Assembly (NCBI GenBank): GCA_963716175.1
Contig: OY970296.1
Coordinates: 544,001-608,000, forward strand
Length of the DNA: 64,000 nucleotides
Reading direction: 5' to 3'
From: an uncultured Armatimonadetes bacterium
GTDB lineage: Bacteria > Armatimonadota > Hebobacteria > Hebobacterales > Hebobacteraceae
Below are positions 1 to 7,785 of the stretch, piece after piece. A model generated the notes under the pieces. It saw nothing but the letters and a program-made list of their open reading frames with translations. It was not told the origin of the DNA and did no database searches. A program made the translations under genes and the position numbers. How positions within the stretch are numbered: position 1 is the stretch's first letter; every line of letters begins with the position of its first letter.

Positions 1-2
1 GT

Positions 3-1001
3 GACGAAACCGCGGCCGCCGTCGCGCGGGGGCCCAGCGCAGGCGGGGTCGAGCTACTGTCCAGCGTCATTGCCTCGCAGGACGACCTGCACGCTCACTT
101 CGGCGGCATCGTGCCGGAGATCGCCTCCCGTCGCCACCTCGAGATGATCGTTCCGGTGATCCGGGAGGCGATGGCGCGGGCCGGCGCGAGCTGGGATGAC
201 TTGGACGGTCTCGCCGTCACCAACGGGCCTGGCCTGATCGGGTCGCTGGTGGTTGGGGTGGCGGCGGCCCACGCGATCGCCGAGGCGCGGCGCCTTCCCA
301 TCGTCGGCGTTCACCATCTTGAGGGGCACATCTACAGCGCCGCCATCGGCGCGCCGCTCCCGCTGCCAGCCCTGGCGCTGATCGCCTCCGGCGGCCACAC
401 CCATCTGGTGCTGGTGCGCGATCACGGGCAATACCAGGTGCTGGGCCGCACCCGCGATGACGCCGCCGGCGAGGCCTTCGAGAAGGGGGCGCGCCTGCTG
501 GGCCTCCCCTATCCGGGCGCTGGTCAGCTCGCCGACCTGGCCGACTCGTTCCCAGGCCGCGTCCAGCCCCTGCCGCGGGCTCGCCTCCCCGGCTCCTGGG
601 ACTTTAGCTTCAGCGGCGTGAAGACCGACCTGGCGCGCCGCGTTCGCCAGTCAGCTCTGACGGAGGAGCAGCGGGCGCGATTGGCCGCCTGCTATCAGGA
701 ATCCATCGCGCTCTCTCTGGTCGAGCGCGCCACCCGCGCGGCCGACGAGGTGGGCGGCTATCCCATCTTGCTGGTGGGCGGAGTAGCGCGCAACCGGCGA
801 CTGCGCGCGCTGCTGGCCCAGAAGGCCGCGCCCCTCGGCCTCTCGTGGCGTGTCCCCGAGCCGAGTCTGTGCACCGACAACGCGGCCATGGTGGCCGCGG
901 CCGGCCTTTACAGACTCTCGCTTGCAGGGCCAGTCGGGGACGGCTTGGATGCTGCCGCTAACCTCCCGCTGGAAAGCTGGCGCCTTGAGCACGCCGCGTG
1001 A
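3..1001 (+). CDS. tsaD: tRNA N6-adenosine threonylcarbamoyltransferase TsaD (5'-truncated by window edge)
   Basis: The frame is open from base 3 (DETAAAV...HAHFGGIVPEIASRRH). Kae1/TsaD motifs present: GPGLIGSL, HHLEGH, SGGHT, TRDDAAGEAFEK, FSFSGVKT, GGVARN, CTDNAAM. Confidence 0.97.
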   Translation, partial: DETAAAVARGPSAGGVELLSSVIASQDDLHAHFGGIVPEIASRRHLEMIVPVIREAMARAGASWDDLDGLAVTNGPGLIGSLVVGVAAAHAIAEARRLPIVGVHHLEGHIYSAAIGAPLPLPALALIASGGHTHLVLVRDHGQYQVLGRTRDDAAGEAFEKGARLLGLPYPGAGQLADLADSFPGRVQPLPRARLPGSWDFSFSGVKTDLARRVRQSALTEEQRARLAACYQESIALSLVERATRAADEVGGYPILLVGGVARNRRLRALLAQKAAPLGLSWRVPEPSLCTDNAAMVAAAGLYRLSLAGPVGDGLDAAANLPLESWRLEHAA

Positions 1002-1095
1002 GCAGGCCCTCGCTTCCCAGTGCACAAGCGTTGTCGAATCCGCAGCGGCGCGCCGAAGAGCGCCAAAAAAACTGCCAAGAGAGCGCTGCGCGGCC

Positions 1096-1124
1096 TTGCC
1101 AATTCGCTGTTCAGGTGGTATACT
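1096..1124 (+). promoter_or_regulatory. sigma70-type promoter upstream of the sigma-factor gene
   Basis: TTGCCA (1096-1101), 17-bp spacer, TATACT (1119-1124) with extended -10 TG. Confidence 0.6.
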
Positions 1125-1414
1125 CCGCCCCCGATAGGAGACTACGGGATGAACGGAGCAGCCCTATCGTTGCACGATCCCGGTTTCTCCGAAGGGCGGA
1201 TGACAAGCGTATGCTCGCCTGTCGGGCAGGCGTTGCGAGGTCCGTCATTTCGCCTGCTGTCTCTCTTCCCCAAGTTGCGGAGTTGTCTCGCTCCTGCCGC
1301 GTCATCCCAGCAGGTAGTTGGCGCTCGCGGCGGCGAGAGCACATGATCTGAGCAGAGGGAGCAGCCGACACACCGGAAAACTCGGCAACAATCATCACAG
1401 GAGACATCGCAGCC

Positions 1415-1987
1415 ATGGACGCAGCAGTCGCACACCAGATTTGGAACTACATCGGCATGTTGGGGGTAGATCGAGAGACTGCCCGCGACCTCTACCAGGA
1501 AGCTGAGACCGCGATCTGGGAGGCGTCCGCACACCGCGCCACCCATGAGTGCCACAGCTACCTGGTGAAGACTGGAGTCGGCGCCATTCGGCACTGGCTC
1601 CGTGACCGCTACTCCATCATCCGCATCCCCGGGTACCTTCACGACCGCGGCCAGGCCTCGGAGCACATGAAGGTGATCCTCCCGCTGGAGGACATGAACG
1701 AGACCGTGGGCCACCGCTTCGAGGAAGACCTGCTGGAGCGGATCACGGTGGACTCCAAGCGCAGCGAGGTGTTCAGCTTGCTGCCCCGGCTGACCCGCGC
1801 GGAGCGCCAAGTGATGGAGTCCCTGCTCGCCGGCCAGAGCATCCGTGACATCGCGCGCCGCCGACGCGTTCGCGTTGGCTGCGTCTACGCCCAGCGGAGC
1901 AAGGCCATAACCAAGCTGCGCCGCCTGGTGTCGGAAGGCGCCCTACACGAGACTCCCCGCGCCAGCGCGCTCGTGGCCCGGGCCTAG
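1415..1987 (+). CDS. sigma-70 family RNA polymerase sigma factor (short, SigB/F/G-like regions 2 and 4)
   Basis: RDLYQEA (region 2.2), GAIRHWLRDRYSIIRIP (like SigF/SigB GEIKRFLRD...RVP), and region-4 HTH LTRAERQV...SIRDIARRR...YAQRSKAITKLR. RBS ACAGGAG upstream. Confidence 0.82.
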   Translation: MDAAVAHQIWNYIGMLGVDRETARDLYQEAETAIWEASAHRATHECHSYLVKTGVGAIRHWLRDRYSIIRIPGYLHDRGQASEHMKVILPLEDMNETVGHRFEEDLLERITVDSKRSEVFSLLPRLTRAERQVMESLLAGQSIRDIARRRRVRVGCVYAQRSKAITKLRRLVSEGALHETPRASALVARA

Positions 1988-2050
1988 CGCCCCTCTCCTC
2001 TGACCGGCGAGACCGGCAGCATCAGGCCGGCCTCGGGCCCGCGGCGTCAC

Positions 2051-2395
2051 TCAGTCGTCGTCTTTGGGGGCCGGCTGAGGGGCCGCCTCGCGAACGCCCA
2101 CTCCCTGTAGGAAATCGGCCAGAAACCGGGTCCGCTCAGAGGCCACGATAGCAGAGCGCTCGGGCGGTCTCCCGGTGCCCGGGTAGAAGCACCGGGCGCA
2201 CTGGAACCCCACCCTGGCCCGCTGTGAGGCAAGGTAGAAGGGAAGGTGCGGGAGAGGGCGGTTGCAGCTGGAGCAGCGCAGCCCATCGGGTGCCGGTGCC
2301 GTTGGCTGGCCCGGGCGCCTTGGCTTTGCTCGCTCCCGAGGTCGCGCCCTCCTCGATCCACTCTTTACCGCAACACTGCGTCCCATCGTTTTCAC
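2051..2395 (-). CDS. small hypothetical protein with two CxxC motifs (putative Zn ribbon)
   Basis: CSSC...CARC pair and a basic N-terminus. It fills the gap between the sigma gene and the divergent promoter. Confidence 0.55.
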   Translation of the reverse strand: MKTMGRSVAVKSGSRRARPRERAKPRRPGQPTAPAPDGLRCSSCNRPLPHLPFYLASQRARVGFQCARCFYPGTGRPPERSAIVASERTRFLADFLQGVGVREAAPQPAPKDDD

Positions 2396-2487
2396 CCACC
2401 CTTTGCAGTATTCCCCAAATCGGTGGAACTCCTAACCGCCGTTGGCGGTCAAATCAGCGACCCCGGCTAGGTCCAGATGGGTCAGCG

Positions 2488-2517
2488 TTGACACGGTCTT
2501 TGCCTTTGTGCTAGACT
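2488..2517 (+). promoter_or_regulatory. sigma70-type promoter for the RGG-protein pair
   Basis: TTGACA (2488-2493), 18-bp spacer, TG-extended TAGACT (2512-2517). Confidence 0.6.
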
Positions 2518-2584
2518 CGCCCTATCCGCAGAGGCATTGGTGATGCCACCTGCGACGCTAAGTGGTGCCAGGGAGGGCCTTGGG

Positions 2585-3657
2585 ATGCGAACCGCCGTCT
2601 GGGTTTCTCTCGGCCTGCTGCTTGCCAGCTTTGCCATCAACTCGCCGACGTGGGCGGTGGAGCGCGAGTTGGCCGGAGTCCGGCTGGGTGACAAGGCCCT
2701 GACGTTACTGAGCAGACCGGGCTTCGGGGAGCCCACCTACATCGGCCCCATCGGCACGATCAGCCTGCCCAGCCCGGAGCCAGCCGGCGCGGCCCGAGCG
2801 GGTGCCCGCGCGGGGCCGTCCGGTCCTGGCGGGGCGAGGGCAGGAGGCGCCCGCGGGGAACGCGAGCGGGTGGGGGGATGCGCGCTGGCGGGCGCCAGGG
2901 CGGCGGCATGCGAGGCGGCGGGGGACGGGGCATGGGCGGTAGAGCCGAGGCGCCGTCATCAGGGCTGGGCATTGGTGCTCTGCCGTCGGCGGCCGACATG
3001 GGCATTGGTCTGACCGGAGGTCGCGGGGCCAGGCGAGGGGGCGGTGGCATGCGGGGTGGAGGAGGAATGCGCGGCGGCGGGGGAGCCAGACGAGGCGGCG
3101 GCGCTGCGCGCGGTGGCGGGATGCGTGGCGGTGGGGCGCGAGCTGGCGGAATGCGCGGCGGTGCCGCGCGAGGCGGTGGGGGGGCCAGGCGAGGCGGTGG
3201 CGCCGCGCGTGGTGGTGGGGCGCGAGGCGGGACGCGTGGGGGCGGCGCCCTGGCCCGCGGCGGAGGCGGAGCCGGTATGTACTGGTATTACCGGCGGGCC
3301 GGGGGCTCGGTCCTGGTGCTGAGCCTGACGCCTATTGGCGAAGTGAAGACCATCACGTTGAGCGGCAGTCTGCCCTACCCCGCCGGTCGCACTAGCCGGG
3401 ACATCGGCCTGGCCAACAACTACATGGATGTGATCAGCCGTTACGGCTATCCGGATCAGACCGTATCCGCGGGCAATGCGGTGGAGCTCACCTATGTCGA
3501 TCACGGAGTCCGGTTCACACTGGAGGGCATGCGCGTGAGCCGGATTGCCATTGGCGCCGAGATCGCAGGCGCAGTGGAGGCGGCGCCGGCGCCAGGCCCG
3601 CAGATCGCGCCTCCGCCCGCCGGGCTCAGCGCGGAAGAACTGCGAGGCTACCTGTAG
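2585..3657 (+). CDS. exported protein with RGG/Gly-rich tracts and two SmpA/BLIP-like repeats (apparent 1-bp frameshift near 2855)
   Basis: Signal peptide MRTAVWVSLGLLLASFAINSPTWA. ORF 2537-3013 joins ORF 2878-3657 if the G4 run at 2855-2858 is G5. The C-terminal domain YMDVISRYGYPD...ELTYVDHGVRFTLEGMRVSRIAIG is paralogous to the next gene. Confidence 0.75.
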
Positions 3658-3700
3658 CCCGTGGTAACGCCCGGCCTGGAGATGGAAGAGGACCATAGCG

Positions 3701-4899
3701 ATGCCTAGCTCTCCTCAGCGCTCGGGGCTCTGTGCCTTGCTGATGCTGCTGTTTGGGATCGCCGTCATTGGCCCTGCGCCCGCGGTGGAGGATGGCCTCA
3801 TGGACGTCCGGATCGGCGCCTCCTATCGCGAGGTAGACCGGCGAATGGGCCCGCCCGACGGCATCCTGCTGGCCGCCGGGGGTGGCATGATGTACCAGAC
3901 TCTCCCTGCTCCCTCCGCCAAGGCCGGGCTGCCCCAGTTCGGGACCCAACCCGCTCCTGCCGAAGTGCCCGTCTGGGTGCTTCCGGTGCGAGCTGGCGCG
4001 CTGGCCGCGGGGCAGGCCCAATGGTTCTACGACCTGCGGAGTCGAAAGGGTGTGTCGCTCGGCATTGTGCTCACCGGCGAGGGGGCTGATGCCGCGGTGA
4101 CCGACGTCATCGTCGCTGGGTTCAGCAAGTACCTTAAGGGCAAGCCGACTCCGCTGCACACCGAGCGCGGCATCGCCCTCCAAAGCAGCTTCGCCGATGT
4201 TCTGCTGAAGTATGGCTATCCCCCCTTGGCCGAGATCTACCCGGCCGGCGGAGGTGCCGTCGGGGCCGGCGCGGGCGGGGCCATGCGCGCGGGCGGGGGT
4301 GCCGCGCGGGGCGGGATGCGCGGTGGTGGAGCGCGCGGCGGCGGGGCGCGCGCGGGCGGAATGCGGGGTGGCGGCGGGGCGCGTGGCGGTGGAATGCGGG
4401 GTGGCGGCGGCGCACGCGGTGGTGGAGGACGAGGTGGGCGGGGTGGAGGTAGAGGGATGCGCGGCGCGGCCGGGTCCGAGGCTGGGCCTCCAGCCATGGC
4501 TGTCGCCTCGCTGAGCCAAGCGGCCTCCTACCAGGTCGTGCTGACCGGTGGTAGAAGAGGTGGTGGCGGCGGTAGAGGCGGTGGCATGCGCGGCGGCGGA
4601 GGGGGCGGCCGACGCGGTGGCGCAGGCGCGCGCGGTGGTGGAGGCGGCGCCCGGCGCGGAGGTGGAGGGATGCGTGGTGGCGGGGGGCGCGCGCCGGAGG
4701 CGGCCGGCGGGGCGGCGGGCGCGGGGCGCTTCCTCCCCTGGGGGCAGGGGCGGGAGCAGGCGCCGCTGCCGGCGGCCCGGTTCAGGCCTTCTCCGACACC
4801 GCTCCGATCACGTTCTCTCGGGATTGCATCTTGACGTACGAAGGGATCGCTTTCACCATTCAAGACATGAAAGTGATGCGCATTCACGTCTCAGAGTAG
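3701..4899 (+). CDS. exported paralog with RGG/Gly-rich tracts (apparent 1-bp frameshift at G6 4682-4687)
   Basis: Signal peptide ending PAPA; repeats GASYREVDRRMGPPD and SFADVLLKYGYPP. Adding one G restores the C-terminus FSRDCILTYEGIAFTIQDMKVMRIHVSE-stop (4897-4899), which matches the paralog. Confidence 0.75.
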
Positions 4900-4954
4900 C
4901 CGGGAGTGCTTCCGTCTGAGCTCGGTCCGGCCGACCAGGTGATCTTGCCGTGCG

Positions 4955-4979
4955 AGGGGCGTATGCCCCTTTTTCTTTT
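4955..4979 (+). terminator. intrinsic terminator
   Basis: AGGGGC-GTAT-GCCCCT hairpin followed by TTTTCTTTT. Confidence 0.7.
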
Positions 4980-5073
4980 GGGTGGGCTGTTTTCGCCGCT
5001 CTCTCCGGCTTAGCTGTGAGGTTGGCCGGAGCGCCGCAGGATCTGGAGCCGTACCCCTAAGAGGAGTGGTGCA

Positions 5074-6462
5074 ATGAGGTTGCGCTATCAGCTAGTGGTG
5101 GCGATTCTGGTGGTCACCTTGATGGTGACTTGCTTCCTGGCCGGCCGTCAGTTTCAGACCGTGGCGGCGCTGCTGCCGGCGAAGCCGGGCGGGTCCGCCG
5201 GACTGGTGAGCGGCGTGCTGGCGGGCAGCGCGAGCGCGAGTGCGGCGGAGAGTGTGGACGATGTCAGCCTGCGGCCCCTGGAGACCTTCCAGGAGGTGCT
5301 GACGCATATCCGCAAGCAGTACGTCTCCCCGATCAAGAGCGAACGGGAGCTCACCTACGGGGCCATTCGCGGCCTGCTTTCCACGCTGCGGGAGCCCCCC
5401 TACGATGATCGTTACAGCCGCTTCCTCGACCCAGAGGAGTACCGCTCTTTCCTGGAGGAGAACGAAGGGCATTTCGGTGGCATCGGCGCCGAGCTGGGGG
5501 TGCGAGAGGTGAAGATTCCGCCCAGCCCCTCGGCCAAGGCCGGAGAGGCCATCCGCTGCCCGGTCTGTGGCACGGATGTGAGCAATCCCAAGCAGTACCA
5601 GGTGGTGATCATCGCCCCCCTGCCCGACAGCCCCGCGGAGCGCGCGGGCCTGCGCGCCGGTGACCACATCTTGCGGGTGAACGATGCCCCCACCGCCAGT
5701 CTCGCCCTGGCTGACACCGTGCGCCGCATCAAGGGACCACCGGGCACTGCCGTGAACCTGGTGATCTCCCGGGAGGGGGTTGCCGAGCCACTCACCATCA
5801 AGGTCACCCGGGCCGTGATCTCAGTACACAGTGCCGAGTACAAGCTGCTGCCGGGCCACGTTGGCTACCTGCGGGTTAGCACCTTCAACGATACCACCGC
5901 AGACCTGGTGAAAAAGGCGATGCGAGACATGCGCGCGGCCGGCGTCGGCGGCCTGCTGCTGGACCTGCGCAACAATCCCGGCGGCGGGCTCGACGTCTGC
6001 ATCGAGGTGGCCAGCCAGTTCGTGGGCAAGGGACCGGTGGTCTACATTCAGGAACGAGGCCAGCCGCGACAGCCCCGGGAGGCCACTGACGGCGCGCGGC
6101 GGATTGACCTGCCACTGGTGGTGCTGATCAACAACGGCAGCGCCAGCGCGGCCGAGATCCTCGCGGGAGCCATCCAGGATGATCATCTGGGCAAGCTGGT
6201 GGGTGTCCCCACCTTCGGCAAAGGCCTGGTCCAGACCGTGTTCCCTCTGCGCGACGGCTCGGCCCTCGCCCTCACCACCGCCCGCTACCTCACTCCCGAA
6301 CTGCGGGATATTGACCACAAGGGCATCACCCCCGACGTGGTCGCCGAGCAGTCCAAGAGCCTGGAGTTCATCCCGCCGCTGAGCGAGAAGGACACTCAGG
6401 GCAGGGCGGGGCTGGACCTGCTGCGACAGGAGATGAAGCGCCCTGTCCAGGCCGCCGCATAG
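5074..6462 (+). CDS. ctpA: S41A carboxyl-terminal processing protease (PDZ + peptidase S41)
   Basis: N-terminal anchor; FGGIG PDZ loop; SPAERAGLRAGD; DLRNNPGG; catalytic SASAAE and TFGKG; GITPD. RBS GAGGAG. Confidence 0.93.
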   Translation: MRLRYQLVVAILVVTLMVTCFLAGRQFQTVAALLPAKPGGSAGLVSGVLAGSASASAAESVDDVSLRPLETFQEVLTHIRKQYVSPIKSERELTYGAIRGLLSTLREPPYDDRYSRFLDPEEYRSFLEENEGHFGGIGAELGVREVKIPPSPSAKAGEAIRCPVCGTDVSNPKQYQVVIIAPLPDSPAERAGLRAGDHILRVNDAPTASLALADTVRRIKGPPGTAVNLVISREGVAEPLTIKVTRAVISVHSAEYKLLPGHVGYLRVSTFNDTTADLVKKAMRDMRAAGVGGLLLDLRNNPGGGLDVCIEVASQFVGKGPVVYIQERGQPRQPREATDGARRIDLPLVVLINNGSASAAEILAGAIQDDHLGKLVGVPTFGKGLVQTVFPLRDGSALALTTARYLTPELRDIDHKGITPDVVAEQSKSLEFIPPLSEKDTQGRAGLDLLRQEMKRPVQAAA

Positions 6463-6519
6463 CTGCAGGGCGGGCCTTCCCGCCAGAGGCGGACAATCCC
6501 ATGCCCGCCAAGGCCCCGC

Positions 6520-7362
6520 ATGCGCGCCAAAGCAATGCAAGTGATCTCCGCCTCTCGGCGCACCGACCTGGTCGCGCACTACCCGGACCAGCTGGCGGCG
6601 CGCTTGCGCCGTCTCGGGCCCGAGAACGTCCACACCGTGGTGATCTGGACCAAGGACCCCACCAATCTTCTCCACCACCGTGAACTGCGAGACGCGCTCC
6701 GAGGCGTGGGCCAGGTCTTTCTGCATTGGACCATCACCGGCCTGGGCGGAACCTTCCTCGAGCCCAATGTGCCCCTGCCGGAGCACCAACTTCGTCTGCT
6801 CGATCCGGTGGTCGCCTACCTCGGCGACCCGCGCCGGCTGCACTGGCGCTATGACCCGCTCGTCTCCGCCCGGCTGGTAGGGCGGGCAGGCCCATGCCCG
6901 CCTGCGAGCAATCTGGATATTTCCCTCTTCCGCTCCCTGGCGCGGCCTCTTGCTGCGGCCGGCGTGCCAGCGGTCCACGCCTCCTTTGTGACGCTCTATC
7001 CCAAGGTCGCGCGCAGGCTGGCTGCGGCGGGGGTCGAGGTGGACGAACTGAGCACCGAGGCCCGGCAGAGCTTTCTGGCCGAGCTTTCCACGGCGGCCTG
7101 CGAGCAAGGCCTCGCCCTGGTCACGTGCTGTGAGCCGGATTTCCCCAGACAGCGCTGCATAGATGGAGACCTGTTGGCTGCTCTGCATCCCACCCAGGAG
7201 CCCTGCCGCAAGGACCGCGCCCGCGGCCAGCGCGAGCGGTGCGGCTGCACCGTCAGCCTCGACATCGGCCACTACCTCCCCTGCCCCAACCGGTGCCTCT
7301 ACTGCTACGCCCACCCGGCAACTGCACGCGCGACGGCACAGGAAAGCGCACGCCGGGCTTGA
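6520..7362 (+). CDS. DUF1848 family protein (radical-SAM-related, C-terminal Cys cluster)
   Basis: ISASRRTD, IWTKDP, WRYDP, and RERCGCTVSLDIG..CPNRCLYCYA signature. Confidence 0.88.
   Translation: MRAKAMQVISASRRTDLVAHYPDQLAARLRRLGPENVHTVVIWTKDPTNLLHHRELRDALRGVGQVFLHWTITGLGGTFLEPNVPLPEHQLRLLDPVVAYLGDPRRLHWRYDPLVSARLVGRAGPCPPASNLDISLFRSLARPLAAAGVPAVHASFVTLYPKVARRLAAAGVEVDELSTEARQSFLAELSTAACEQGLALVTCCEPDFPRQRCIDGDLLAALHPTQEPCRKDRARGQRERCGCTVSLDIGHYLPCPNRCLYCYAHPATARATAQESARRA
6877..6902 (+). repeat. GTAG-type REP-like palindrome inside the DUF1848 CDS
   Basis: GTAGGGCGGGCA-ggccca-TGCCCGCC; near-identical to the intergenic copy at 28130-28159. Confidence 0.55.
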
Positions 7363-7382
7363 AGATGGCCGGGGGGAATCTC

Positions 7383-7763
7383 ATGGCCTACTGCGCGCGC
7401 TGTCAGTACGAGTACCAGGAGGGGACAGCTCGTTGCCCGGACTGCGGGGCCGATCTCCTGCCGGGAGCGCTCCCGAAGGCCTCCGCGCCAACCGCCGCGA
7501 GCCAGCCCGTCCGGCTCTGCACCGTGCCGGATGTGAGCGCAGGCGACATCCTGCGCGCGGCGCTGGCGGAGCATGGTATCCCCTCCTACCTCCGGCGGCA
7601 CGGGCCTATCACCGGCGAGCTGGGCCGGGTCACCGATGGTCTCACCGAGGATTACGCCATAGTCATGGTGCCAGCCAACCGCTTGGGGGAGGCCCAGCGA
7701 GTGCTGGCTGCGATCGAGTCCGGGCCCGTGATCTGGCCCGAGGGGATGGAGCCGGAGGAGTGA
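7383..7763 (+). CDS. zinc-ribbon + DUF2007-like putative signal-transducing protein
   Basis: MAYCARC..EY...CPDCG, then ILRAALAEHGIP...IVMVP...EAQRVL. RBS GGGGG(A). Confidence 0.8.
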   Translation: MAYCARCQYEYQEGTARCPDCGADLLPGALPKASAPTAASQPVRLCTVPDVSAGDILRAALAEHGIPSYLRRHGPITGELGRVTDGLTEDYAIVMVPANRLGEAQRVLAAIESGPVIWPEGMEPEE

Positions 7764-7785
7764 CGGCCGAGTCCGGCGGCGCCCG

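Noticed and set aside
2820-4760. GGC/GGT/CGC-rich repetitive DNA as a CRISPR array or non-coding satellite
   Set aside because: No constant repeat-spacer period. Synonymous codon variation shows the repeat is at protein level (Gly/Arg/Ala/Met), and no cas genes are present.
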